The translations under genes and the position numbers were made by a program. 64,000 bases of DNA from Alphaproteobacteria bacterium (GTDB taxonomy: Bacteria > Pseudomonadota > Alphaproteobacteria > SP197): positions 1,984,001 to 2,048,000 of the forward strand of contig OZ245842.1 of assembly GCA_965228895.1 (NCBI GenBank). Reading direction: 5' to 3'. A model generated the notes under the pieces. It saw only the letters and a program-made list of their open reading frames with translations. It made no database searches and had not been told where the DNA came from. This document shows, piece after piece, positions 37,747 through 47,150 of this stretch; within the stretch, counting starts at the first letter, position 1; the number at the start of each line of letters is the position of its first letter.

Positions 37747-39381
37747 CTAGTCGGGAAGCGGGCCGGATGCCGAGATGTCGCGGATATCTGTGAGGACGTG
37801 GATGAGGCTGGCGCCGTTGTGCTCGACGGCGGCATCGAAGGCTGGCCCGAACTCGGCGGTGGTGTGCACTGTCCAGGTCGCCGCGCCATAGCCCTTGCCG
37901 AGCATGGCAAAGTCCGGACTGACCATATCGACACCTTCGTAGTTGCCGGCGCCGGCATAGCGGTGTTGGTGCATCTTGATGGTGCCGTAGGTCGCGTTGT
38001 CGACGACGATGACGATGATGGGCAGATCGTACTGCACGGCCGTCGCGATCTCCTGGCCGGTCATCAGGAAGCCGCCGTCGCCGGCGAAGGCGACGACCTT
38101 GGCATGGGGTTTGGCGAGTTGGGCGCCGACGGCAGCCGGCACGCCATAGCCCATGGCGCCGGCCATCGGGCCGGCCTGGCTGTCAGGGAAACGATGGCGC
38201 GCATAACGATGCAGCCACGTAGCGAAGTTGCCGGCATCGTTGGTCAGCACGTGATCGGTATCGGCTAGGCGGTGATCGATATGGCGCATGACGTCGGCCA
38301 TGTCGACGGCCCCCAAGGCCTCGGGCGAATTGGCCTGGAAACCTTCAAACGCGGCGCGCAGACCTTCTTGCCACAGGACACGGGCCTCGTCGGGCGTCGT
38401 AACGCGGCTTGCGAGCCCCTGGAGGACCGATCCGACATCGGCGACGATCTGCAGGCCGGCGCCCGTGTTCGCCAAAACATCGGCGTCGGGGTGGATGTGG
38501 ATCATGGGCTTGCCCGTGTGGAGCAGCCGGTAGTCGTCGGACGTGACCGCGTCCATGCGGCTGCCGGCGACGATGACCAAGTCGGCCTCGTCCCAGGCGC
38601 GTTTCAGGTGGGGCGGGCGGCCCAAACCAAACAGGCCAACAAAGGCGGGATGGTCGTTGTTGATGGCGTCCTGACAGCGGAATGCGGTGACGACCGCCGC
38701 GCCGGACGCTGTCGCCAGCGCGGCGAGCTTGGCGGTCGATGCTTCGGCTTTCACGATCTCGCCGCCGATAATCAAGACGCGCTCGGCCCGGTCGATCATC
38801 GCCGCGGCCTCGTCCAGAACCTCGGGTGCCGCGGCCGCGACAGGGTGTGGTGCGCGCTCGGGTGTGGTGACATCGCCGGCGTCCGCCTCGGTCACGTCCT
38901 CCGGCAGGACGACAACGACCGGGCCGGGCCGGCCGGCCATGGCGAGCGACAGCGCATGAGCGGTGACCCGCGCAACATCCTCCGGACCGGCGGGTTCCAG
39001 GACCGCCTTTGTCATCGAGCCGAAGACCTGGCGATAGTCCATTTTCTGAAAGGACTCGTGGTCGAATTCGGCACGCGGCACCTGGCCGATAAAGAGCACC
39101 AGAGGGATCGAGTCCTGGTCGGCGGTATGCACGCCGATCGAGGCGTTGGTTGCGCCGGGTCCGCGGCTGACAAAGGCGCAACCGGGCCGCCGGCCGATCT
39201 TGGCATAGGCATTGGCGGCGAAGCTTGCGCCGGACTCATGGCGGTTCACCACCAGGCGGATGGCGTTGGCGTTCTTGCGCAGGCCCTCCAGCACCGCCAG
39301 ATAACTCTCGCCGGGCACACAGAAAACCGTCTCCACGCCGTGACTGACCAGCGTGGCAACCAACGCGTCGCCGCCGTTCAT
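37747..39381 (-). CDS. Thiamine-diphosphate-dependent enzyme, acetolactate synthase-like
   Basis: FCVPGESYL, RHE, SRGPGATN, GAMGYG, GDGGFLM...N TPP motif. Confidence 0.9.
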   Translation of the reverse strand: MNGGDALVATLVSHGVETVFCVPGESYLAVLEGLRKNANAIRLVVNRHESGASFAANAYAKIGRRPGCAFVSRGPGATNASIGVHTADQDSIPLVLFIGQVPRAEFDHESFQKMDYRQVFGSMTKAVLEPAGPEDVARVTAHALSLAMAGRPGPVVVVLPEDVTEADAGDVTTPERAPHPVAAAAPEVLDEAAAMIDRAERVLIIGGEIVKAEASTAKLAALATASGAAVVTAFRCQDAINNDHPAFVGLFGLGRPPHLKRAWDEADLVIVAGSRMDAVTSDDYRLLHTGKPMIHIHPDADVLANTGAGLQIVADVGSVLQGLASRVTTPDEARVLWQEGLRAAFEGFQANSPEALGAVDMADVMRHIDHRLADTDHVLTNDAGNFATWLHRYARHRFPDSQAGPMAGAMGYGVPAAVGAQLAKPHAKVVAFAGDGGFLMTGQEIATAVQYDLPIIVIVVDNATYGTIKMHQHRYAGAGNYEGVDMVSPDFAMLGKGYGAATWTVHTTAEFGPAFDAAVEHNGASLIHVLTDIRDISASGPLPD

Positions 39382-39384
39382 CGC

Positions 39385-39852
39385 TCAGGCGATCTCGAAA
39401 ATGGCGTCGACCTCGACCGCCACGTTCAGCGGTAGGGCAGGGGCGCCGACCGCGGCGCGGGCGTGGCGACCGGCATCGCCCAGTACCTCGACCATCAGGT
39501 CCGACGCACCGTTGATCACCTTGGGGTGGTCGTGGAAGTCGCCGCTAGCGTTGACGAAACCGCCCAGACGGACGCAGCGTTTCACCTTGTCCAGGTCGCC
39601 GCCACACGCCGCCTTGACCTGGGCCAGGATGTTGAGCGCGCACAAACGCGCGGCCTGGTAACCCTCATCGACGCTGAAATCCTGGCCGACCTTGCCCTGA
39701 TACTTGAGCTCGCCGTTCAACAGTGTGATCTGACCGGCGACAAAGACGTGGTTGCCGCTGACGACGTAGGGTACGTAATTGGCGGCGGGCGCCGCGGCCT
39801 CGGGCAGCTCGATGCCCAGTTCCTTCAGGCGTGCGTCAATCTGACCGGTCAT
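39385..39852 (-). CDS. Rid family protein (Rid1-like, with catalytic Arg)
   Basis: LP.A.AP.ANYVP, F.DHP.V.NGAS, GRHAR.AVG..LP....VE. Confidence 0.9.
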   Translation of the reverse strand: MTGQIDARLKELGIELPEAAAPAANYVPYVVSGNHVFVAGQITLLNGELKYQGKVGQDFSVDEGYQAARLCALNILAQVKAACGGDLDKVKRCVRLGGFVNASGDFHDHPKVINGASDLMVEVLGDAGRHARAAVGAPALPLNVAVEVDAIFEIA

Positions 39853-39907
39853 GGTGCTGTCCTCGCTGTCTGTCGGTAAGGTGTTGGCGCTCGAATAAGG
39901 AGTTTGC

Positions 39908-40825
39908 GTGGGCAAGTCAATCAACGCGCCATCCGCTCCCGAAAGCGAGGCCCAACGGGTCGTTCTCGGCATCGCGAGCGTCGCGACGGGCGCCGTCGGG
40001 TTTGGCTTGCTGCCGCTGTTCCTCTACTGGTCTTTCGAAGGCGGCATGTCGCCGGAAGCGGGCCTGATCTGGCGCTATGGCGGGGGCTTGGTGCTGATGG
40101 CGCCGCTGACAATATGGCTGGGCGCCAGGGCGTGGCGACATGGCGCGCGCGCGTTCTGCGCCGGCCTTTCCATAGGGCTCGGAACTGTCTCCCTATTTCA
40201 CAGCTATGCCAGCCTGCCGGTCACTCTGGTGATCCTTATCTTCTACACCTACCCGGCTTTCACCCTGATCTTCGCCCGGCTCTTTTTTGCAAGGCCGATT
40301 ACACCGCGTTTCTTGGCTGCGGTCGCGCTGGTTTTCCTCGCGGCGGCGCTGATCGTCCGCCCGGACGGGAACGCCGGCATCACGGTTCCCGCGCTCCTGT
40401 TCGCGTTTCTCGGGCCCGTCGGATTTGCCGGTTACCTGACGCTGGCGGCCGAAATCAGCCCGACGGCGCACATGGCCGCCAGGATCAATGCGGTCAACCT
40501 GGGCGCCTTGCTGGTGGCCCTGCCGCTGGCTGCCTTTGTTCTGGAGACACTGGTACCGGTCAACGAGATCGGATGGCTGGGCGCGCTATGTCTGGCTCTG
40601 GTCACGGGCGTGATGTCGAATGCGCTTAACCTGTTCGGTGCATCGCTGGCAGGCGGTGTCCGCGCCGCCATTGCCGGCAGTGCGGAACTGGTGACCGCCA
40701 TCTTGGTGGGGCTGGTGATCTTCGACGAGCGCTTTACCTGGCCCTATCTGATCTGCGCGGTATTGCTTGTGGCCGCTGTCGGCCTTTCTCTGCCAGGCCG
40801 GCAACAAGCCGAAGGTCTACGCTAG
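39908..40825 (+). CDS. DMT/EamA family transporter
   Basis: About 10 hydrophobic helices in two repeats, FYTYP, E...AIL.G...F.E. Confidence 0.82.
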   Translation: MGKSINAPSAPESEAQRVVLGIASVATGAVGFGLLPLFLYWSFEGGMSPEAGLIWRYGGGLVLMAPLTIWLGARAWRHGARAFCAGLSIGLGTVSLFHSYASLPVTLVILIFYTYPAFTLIFARLFFARPITPRFLAAVALVFLAAALIVRPDGNAGITVPALLFAFLGPVGFAGYLTLAAEISPTAHMAARINAVNLGALLVALPLAAFVLETLVPVNEIGWLGALCLALVTGVMSNALNLFGASLAGGVRAAIAGSAELVTAILVGLVIFDERFTWPYLICAVLLVAAVGLSLPGRQQAEGLR

Positions 40826-41790
40826 ACGACCCGGTCAGGAGGCTCCTTGCCGGCAAAGAAGGCGTCAAGGTTATCGAGCGCCCGGAAACCCATGGCGTCG
40901 CGGGTTTCCCGGGTCGCGCTGCCCAGGTGGGGCAACAGGAAGGCATTGTTGAGCTCACGGTAGCCTGGATGAATGTTCGGTTCGCCGTCATAGACGTCGA
41001 GGCCGGCGGCAAACAGCTTGCCGGATTTCAGAGCTGCGATCAGCGCCTCATCATCGACCACGTTGCCGCGCGCCGTGTTGACCACAATGGCATCGTCGGG
41101 AAGTTTGGCCAGCCGCTCGGCGTTGATCACCTTGATCGTCTCCGGCGATGACGGGCAGTGCACCGACAGAATGTTGCTGACCGCCAGCAGACCGTCGAGG
41201 TCCTCGTGGTATGCGGCACCCTTTTCCTTGTCGGCGGGCAGGCGCGAGCGGTTGTGGTAGTGCACGTCCATGCCGAAGCCGCGGGCGCGGTCGGCGAGCG
41301 CCTGGCCAATCCGGCCCATGCCCAGAATGCCGATCCGGTTTCCGGTCACCTCGATGCCGCGCATGCCGGTCGGCGCCCAGGCGCCCCAGGTCTGGTCATA
41401 GATCATGCGCTCGCCCTCTGCGGCGCGCCGGGCGGCGCCCAGGATCAGCAGCATGGCGATCTCGGCGGTGGCATCGGTCAAGACGTCCGGCGTGTTGGTC
41501 ACGGTGATGCCGCGCGCGGCTGCCGCCTGGCCATCGATATGCTCATGGCCCACCGAAAACGTGGCGATCACCTTGACGCTGTCGTCCAGGCCGTTGATGA
41601 CGTCGGCGGTCATCTTGTCGGTCGGGCAGGGCAGGATGGCATCGACGCCGGCGCTCCTGGCCACCAGCTCATCGCCGGGATAAAGTTGATCATCCGGGTT
41701 GAGGTCAGGGCGATAGTCATTCTTTAGTCGGGTTTCGACGTTATCAGGCAGGCGGCGTGTCACCAGGACGCGTGGTTTCTCGGACATCAT
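40822..41790 (-). CDS. D-2-hydroxyacid (glyoxylate/D-glycerate) dehydrogenase
   Basis: TNTPDVLTDATAE, GILGMGRIG, NTARG, AGLDV..EP, LPHLGSAT. Confidence 0.92.
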   Translation of the reverse strand: MMSEKPRVLVTRRLPDNVETRLKNDYRPDLNPDDQLYPGDELVARSAGVDAILPCPTDKMTADVINGLDDSVKVIATFSVGHEHIDGQAAAARGITVTNTPDVLTDATAEIAMLLILGAARRAAEGERMIYDQTWGAWAPTGMRGIEVTGNRIGILGMGRIGQALADRARGFGMDVHYHNRSRLPADKEKGAAYHEDLDGLLAVSNILSVHCPSSPETIKVINAERLAKLPDDAIVVNTARGNVVDDEALIAALKSGKLFAAGLDVYDGEPNIHPGYRELNNAFLLPHLGSATRETRDAMGFRALDNLDAFFAGKEPPDRVV

Positions 41791-41843
41791 GTAACTTTCC
41801 AGGGAAGATTGACCGGCGAATCGGCCGGCACCTTATTAGACAG

Positions 41844-42659
41844 ATGAAAAAACGCCAACGCTCCTGCTTCAGCCCACTGCCGGTCTGTTTTGCGGCCGTT
41901 CTTGCGCTTGTCACGGCACCATTCGCTGCCCAGGCCGCGGATATGCTGCCGCACCGCGCGGTCTACGAAATGAGTCTGGGCAAGTCGTCGGGTTCCAGCG
42001 GCGTCGTCTCGGTGCGCGGTACGCTCCTGCTGACCTGGGAGGAGACGTGCGAAGCGTGGCTGGTCGGCCAGCGGCTATTTCTGAAGGTGTCGCGCGATGA
42101 CGCCACGTTCGCCACCTCGTCAGCCTTTGACACTGTCGAAAGCAAAGACGGTCTGGACTTCTCGTTCGAGGACCGGACGGTCCGCGAGCCGGGCGGCGCC
42201 GAGTTCGCCAGCGGATCGGCACGCCTGGCAAGCCAGGGCGGTGACGGCTCGCTGGTCCTGGACGAGCCGGAACCCGGCCAGTTTGTTCTGCCAAAAGGGA
42301 CGATGTTCCCGACCGCGCAATTGATCGACATCCTGGCGCGTGCCGAAGCCGGCGAGCGGATCATCAATCATCTGGTCTATGACGGCACGGACGGGGCGGT
42401 CTTGTTCGACGTCACGACCGTGCTTGCCGAACCCAAAACGCAGACGCTGGAAGGCGAAGCGGGCGGCGAGGCGACGATCTGGCCCATGCGCCTGGCCTAT
42501 TACCCGCACGACACGGTCGACCCGCTTCCGCAGGTCGAAATCGGCGCCGACGTCCAGGACAACGGTGTCGCACACCGGCTGGTTTTCGACTACGGCACGT
42601 TCACTGTGGAGAGCGAGTTGACCGAGCTAGAACCACTGCCGAGGCCAGACTGTCCATAA
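41844..42659 (+). CDS. eipB: Cell envelope integrity protein EipB family (DUF1849)
   Basis: Signal peptide, L.PHRA.Y...L, C..W...Q, ES.DG, LP.GT.FPT, DG, W.....Y, NGV, DYG.F, terminal Cys. Confidence 0.8.
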   Translation: MKKRQRSCFSPLPVCFAAVLALVTAPFAAQAADMLPHRAVYEMSLGKSSGSSGVVSVRGTLLLTWEETCEAWLVGQRLFLKVSRDDATFATSSAFDTVESKDGLDFSFEDRTVREPGGAEFASGSARLASQGGDGSLVLDEPEPGQFVLPKGTMFPTAQLIDILARAEAGERIINHLVYDGTDGAVLFDVTTVLAEPKTQTLEGEAGGEATIWPMRLAYYPHDTVDPLPQVEIGADVQDNGVAHRLVFDYGTFTVESELTELEPLPRPDCP

Positions 42660-42672
42660 CTGGCCGGCGGTA

Positions 42673-43569
42673 TCAGTCGGCCCACAGCCATGCCGCGCCG
42701 CGCACGCCGCTTGAATCGCCATGTTGGGCTGGCACCAGCGTCGTCTTGACGGTGTCGGAGAAGATATAGCGCTGCCACATCGCGGGCACGTTGGCATAGA
42801 GCCGTTCGACCTTCGACATGCCGCCACCCAACACCACCGCATCCGGGTCGATGAGGTTGATGACGCTGCCCAGGGCGCGTGCCAGCCGATCCTCGTAACG
42901 TCCCAGGCTCTCCAGCGCCGCAGCATCACCTGCCGCCGCTTGGGCGCAGATCGCTTCGGCGGTCATCGCTTCGCCGGTGTGTGTGTGATGATCGTGCGCC
43001 AGACCGGGACCTGAGAGGTATGTCTCGATGCAGCCGTTTCGGCCGCAGAAACAGGGCGGTCCGGGCCGCTCGTCGTCGCGTCTGTCGGGTAGGGGATTGT
43101 GGCCCCACTCGCCGCCGATCCGATTGCGACCTTCAAGCGGCCGCCCGTCGACGGCGATGCCGCCACCGACGCCGGTGCCCAGAATGACGGCAAAGACCAC
43201 TGCCAGGCCCTTGCCGGCGCCGTCCCGTGCCTCCGATAGCGCCAGGCAGTTCGCGTCGTTGGCAATTCTGATACTGCGCCCAAGGGCCTCGGCGAGGTCG
43301 CGGTCAAACGGTTTGCCGTTAAGCCATGTCGAATTGGCGTTGCGCATCAGACCGGTTGCCGGTGACAGAGAGCCCGGAATACCGACACCCACTCTGCCCG
43401 TCATGGCGACGTCGCGTTCAACCGCCAGCACGAGGTCGCGGATGGCGGCAAGCGTGCCGGCATAGTCGTCGCGTGGCGTGGCGACCCGCCGGCGCGCGAT
43501 CTCACGGTTGTCGTCGTCCAAGGCGACGACTTCGATCTTCGTGCCGCCCAGATCGACCCCCAACCTCAT
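42673..43569 (-). CDS. ROK family sugar kinase (fructokinase Mak-like)
   Basis: GVDLGGTK, NDANC.ALSE, GTGVGGG, GEWGH, CFCG..GC.E. Confidence 0.9.
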   Translation of the reverse strand: MRLGVDLGGTKIEVVALDDDNREIARRRVATPRDDYAGTLAAIRDLVLAVERDVAMTGRVGVGIPGSLSPATGLMRNANSTWLNGKPFDRDLAEALGRSIRIANDANCLALSEARDGAGKGLAVVFAVILGTGVGGGIAVDGRPLEGRNRIGGEWGHNPLPDRRDDERPGPPCFCGRNGCIETYLSGPGLAHDHHTHTGEAMTAEAICAQAAAGDAAALESLGRYEDRLARALGSVINLIDPDAVVLGGGMSKVERLYANVPAMWQRYIFSDTVKTTLVPAQHGDSSGVRGAAWLWAD

Positions 43570-43572
43570 GCC

Positions 43573-44250
43573 CTAGTGACCATGGTCTGTGAGTTGGCGT
43601 TCGAGATAGTCCCGGATGTCGCGCCATGACTGGGCGTTGAAATCGCTATGTTCGACGGGACCCAAAAGGCCGGAGAGGCGACGGTTGCTGACGAAGTGGA
43701 TCCTGTGGACCTCATCGATGGCCGCAACCTCGTGATGATGGCTGGGTGAATCATCAATGAAGGCGACAAACCCGCTCGTGCGGGCCGCCAGGGCGTGAAC
43801 GGCCGGGGCCTTCGACCCCTCGTTGGTGATCAGGGGGTAGTTCATACCATGCCGCTCCAAGGCATGGCGGCGGTCATTACGATGGTGGTGCGGCAAATTG
43901 GTTAACACGACGACCTGCATCCTCTGATTGAGTATCGCGAGAGTCTCAGCCGCACCTTCGACAGCTCCGATATTGCGGGTTTCGTCGCGAAAGAAACCCA
44001 AGAGCAGAGCCTTTACGGCAGGACCATCCAACGGTGAGCGATCGCTCTGATAACGGATATTGCCGTTGAGCCGGTAGGACGACCAATCGAAGAACGCCCC
44101 GTTTTTCTCCATGTAGCGCTCAAAGGCTGCCATGAACCCGAACAGGACCTCGTCGGCGTCGGTAATCAAGAGCGGCGCGTCATCGCGCAGCGGCAGCGCA
44201 TCGATCTGCTTTTCCACGTCATGAGGCATTGACCGCTGGGCCCGCGTCAT
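43573..44250 (-). CDS. HAD-superfamily-like conserved protein
   Basis: LLITDADEV motif I, VLTN, N.G.K, FIDD motif IV. Confidence 0.7.
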   Translation of the reverse strand: MTRAQRSMPHDVEKQIDALPLRDDAPLLITDADEVLFGFMAAFERYMEKNGAFFDWSSYRLNGNIRYQSDRSPLDGPAVKALLLGFFRDETRNIGAVEGAAETLAILNQRMQVVVLTNLPHHHRNDRRHALERHGMNYPLITNEGSKAPAVHALAARTSGFVAFIDDSPSHHHEVAAIDEVHRIHFVSNRRLSGLLGPVEHSDFNAQSWRDIRDYLERQLTDHGH

Positions 44251-44489
44251 GTTTCTACTACCATAGCGGGAACGGGCGGCCGTTGAGGTGCAAAAAACGT
44301 GGCCGCGATCACAGCCGGTTGCGAAGATGAATTTCGAGCCATAGGTAGTGGTGTGCTATTTGTTCCGGTCGAGGTAGTTTATGGGAAATGCGGTGCGTTG
44401 CGGACTGCTTTAGTCTGCTATGCCCGCGACGGGCATGCATGAGCATTGCCAATACACGTAATGGTGAGAAACTGGCGCGGAAAGCATCT

Positions 44490-44855
44490 ATGGCCAAAAC
44501 TGTGCTGATTGTTGAAGACAATGAGCTCAACATGAAGCTCTTCAACGATCTTCTTGACGCAAGTGGCTTCAAAACCGTTCGGGCAATGAACGGCGAGGAA
44601 GCCTTTCGGTTGGCCAAGCAGCATGTCCCCGATCTTATCGTCATGGATGTTCAGCTTCCCGAGGCATCGGGCCTTGAGGTGACGCAGTGGATCAAAGCCG
44701 AGCCGACGACCGCTGACGTCCCGGTCGTGGCGGTAACGGCATTGGCCATGAAGGGTGATGAGGAAAAGATCCTAAGCGCCGGTTGCGATGCCTACATCGC
44801 CAAGCCCATATCGGTTCAGACCTTCCTCGATACCGTTAAGCGTTTTTTAGAGTGA
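44490..44855 (+). CDS. divK: Single-domain response regulator DivK
   Basis: [39 protein letters not shown]...GC.AYI.KPISV; precedes pleD. Confidence 0.9.
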   Translation: MAKTVLIVEDNELNMKLFNDLLDASGFKTVRAMNGEEAFRLAKQHVPDLIVMDVQLPEASGLEVTQWIKAEPTTADVPVVAVTALAMKGDEEKILSAGCDAYIAKPISVQTFLDTVKRFLE

Positions 44856-44868
44856 GCCGCGGGACTAG

Positions 44869-46260
44869 ATGACCGGTCGCATTCTCGTTGTTGATGATCA
44901 GCCGCTTAACGTCAAACTTCTGGAAGCGAAGCTCACCAGTGAGTACTACGACGTTCTGACGGCCTCCGACGGTCCGTCCGCGATTGAAGTCGCGACCACG
45001 GAACGTCCGGATCTCATCCTGCTTGATGTCATGATGCCGGGAATGGACGGATTCGAGGTTTGTCGACGGCTGCGCGCCGAACCGTCGACCATGCATATCC
45101 CCATTGTCATGGTGACCGCGTTATCGGAAACCGAAGACCGGGTTGTCGGATTAAGCGCCGGCGCTGACGATTTTTTGACCAAGCCGGTTGAGGACCTGGC
45201 GCTTCTGGCGCGCGTCAGGTCGCTGCTGCGGTTCAAGGTGACATTCGATGAATTGCGACTGCGTCTTAAGGCCGGGTCCGGCTCGACCGACGTTGACGAT
45301 ATCCTGCCGGATGACACGAGCCCGCAGCGCGGTCGCATTCTGCTGTTGGAGGACTTTGAATCGCGCGCCCGGATGATCAACGAGGCGCTGAGCGAATCGA
45401 ACGAGGTGACGGTGGAGCGCGATGACGCCGAGGCTTTGCGCCTGGCTGACGTCAGCGATTTCGACGTCGTGATCATCAGCCTGACGCTCGAGGATGTCGA
45501 CGGGCTTCGAGTCTGCTCCCAATTGCGCAGTCGGCCGGCAACGCGGTTGGTGCCGATCCTGGCCCTGGTCGAGGAGGGCGATCTTGAGCAGCTCGCCAAG
45601 GCGCTCGATTTAGGCGTGACCGACTACGTCATGACACCGCTTGATCGCAACGAGTTGATCGCGCGGGTGCGCACCCAGGTTCGGCGTAAGCACTATCAAG
45701 ATCGCCTGCGGATGAACCTTGAAGAGAGTGTCTCCGCAGCGTCGATGGACGAGCTTACCCGGCTGCACAACCGCCGTTATCTGGTCAGCCATTTGGCACG
45801 TGAATTCGAGCGGGCGGTCGAGAACAGAAAGTCGCTGTCTGTGATCATTCTGGATGTCGATCACTTCAAGAAGGTCAACGACACGCATGGTCACGCCGTG
45901 GGTGACGAGGTTCTGGCCGAACTTGCCCGCCGCATGATCGAGTGTACGCGATCGAGCGATCTCTCTGCCCGGCTTGGCGGCGAGGAGTTTGTCGTTGTGA
46001 TGCCGGATACCACCTTGCCGGTCGCTGAATCTGTCGCGGAACGTTTGCGGTTGGGTGTCGGCGAAACGGCATTCGCGATCCCAAAGGGCGATCTATTGAT
46101 CGAGGTAACGATCAGCCTGGGTGTTGCGGTGAACAAGGGGGCTGACGACACGCCCGAAGATCTGTTGGCGCGCGCCGACAGGGCGCTCTACCGGGCCAAG
46201 TCCGAAGGCCGCAACCAGGTTGCCTGTGCGTCAGAGGAATTGCTGTCGTCGGATGCCTGA
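44869..46260 (+). CDS. pleD: REC-REC-GGDEF diguanylate cyclase PleD
   Basis: LLDVMMP, degenerate second REC, I-site RSSD, GGEEF. Confidence 0.93.
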   Translation: MTGRILVVDDQPLNVKLLEAKLTSEYYDVLTASDGPSAIEVATTERPDLILLDVMMPGMDGFEVCRRLRAEPSTMHIPIVMVTALSETEDRVVGLSAGADDFLTKPVEDLALLARVRSLLRFKVTFDELRLRLKAGSGSTDVDDILPDDTSPQRGRILLLEDFESRARMINEALSESNEVTVERDDAEALRLADVSDFDVVIISLTLEDVDGLRVCSQLRSRPATRLVPILALVEEGDLEQLAKALDLGVTDYVMTPLDRNELIARVRTQVRRKHYQDRLRMNLEESVSAASMDELTRLHNRRYLVSHLAREFERAVENRKSLSVIILDVDHFKKVNDTHGHAVGDEVLAELARRMIECTRSSDLSARLGGEEFVVVMPDTTLPVAESVAERLRLGVGETAFAIPKGDLLIEVTISLGVAVNKGADDTPEDLLARADRALYRAKSEGRNQVACASEELLSSDA

Positions 46261-46287
46261 GTGGGCTCTGCGTCGAACACGACCCAC

Positions 46288-46734
46288 CTAGAGATACTCG
46301 ATCAGGTAATCGACGCCGAAATCGCTGACGCCACCGGCGCCATCGCTTCGGACGGTGATCTCCCAGGTGACGCCAAAGATACCGTCGGTTAGGGCGTCCG
46401 CCTCAAAGGCATCGGGGATATCGGCGAACCATATGCAGGTTACGCCTTGGTCACGCGTGTGGCCCCGGCAGTAACGGATGTTGATGGGGTCGCCGACGTC
46501 GTCGCTGTCGATTTCGGCCAGCCGTTCAAAGAAGATGACGACCTCCGTCAGCGGTGTTCCCGGTGGGAAGCGCTCGCTCAGCGCCTCGCCGACCCCTCTT
46601 CGCGCGGCGGCACCGTTGTCGAGGATCAGGGGATAGAACGCAGCGAAATCGATCGCGCCGTTATCGGCGATCGTCGTGATCGGAAAGAACCAGACGAGGG
46701 CAGCGACGCAAGCGTGGCGGGCGTGCTTCATCAT
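46288..46734 (-). CDS. Hypothetical secreted protein
   Basis: Signal-peptide-like start MMKHARHACVAALVWFFP; fills the pleD-rpmG gap; start uncertain. Confidence 0.6.
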   Translation of the reverse strand: MMKHARHACVAALVWFFPITTIADNGAIDFAAFYPLILDNGAAARRGVGEALSERFPPGTPLTEVVIFFERLAEIDSDDVGDPINIRYCRGHTRDQGVTCIWFADIPDAFEADALTDGIFGVTWEITVRSDGAGGVSDFGVDYLIEYL

Positions 46735-46896
46735 GCGCAAGTGTCGCGCCCGATCGCGACAGCCCGCAACCGGCTCGTGGCGACTTGGCCGAATTGTGAA
46801 CATAAACCAGCAACGGCCAGCAATCGGCTGGCCGCAACATCAGGTCGTCTGGAGTAGGGGGCACCACGCCCGGAGCGTGGCGAGACACCACGTGGC

Positions 46897-47067
46897 TTAG
46901 TGCTTAAGCTTGGTTTCCTTGAACATCACATGCTTGCGCACGACGGGGTCGTACTTCTTGAACTGAAGCTTCTCCGTCTGGGTACGCGGATTCTTCTTGG
47001 TTACATAGTAGTAACCGGTGTCCGCGGTGCTCTCCAGTTTGATCAAAATGGTCGCCGGCTTTGCCAT
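46897..47067 (-). CDS. rpmG: 50S ribosomal protein L33 (Zn-free form; absent from ORF track because only 56 aa)
   Basis: Manual translation [56 protein letters not shown]. Confidence 0.97.
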   Translation of the reverse strand: MAKPATILIKLESTADTGYYYVTKKNPRTQTEKLQFKKYDPVVRKHVMFKETKLKH

Positions 47068-47150
47068 GGGACCTTCACCTTAAGCGCTTGGTCAATCGAG
47101 CGCTGGACCATACTGATAGGGGCCCGGCTGTCAAGCAATCTCGCCCTTCA

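Noticed and set aside
46864-46880. CCACGC/GCGTGG hairpin after rpmG as terminator
   Set aside because: Short stem with no U-tract
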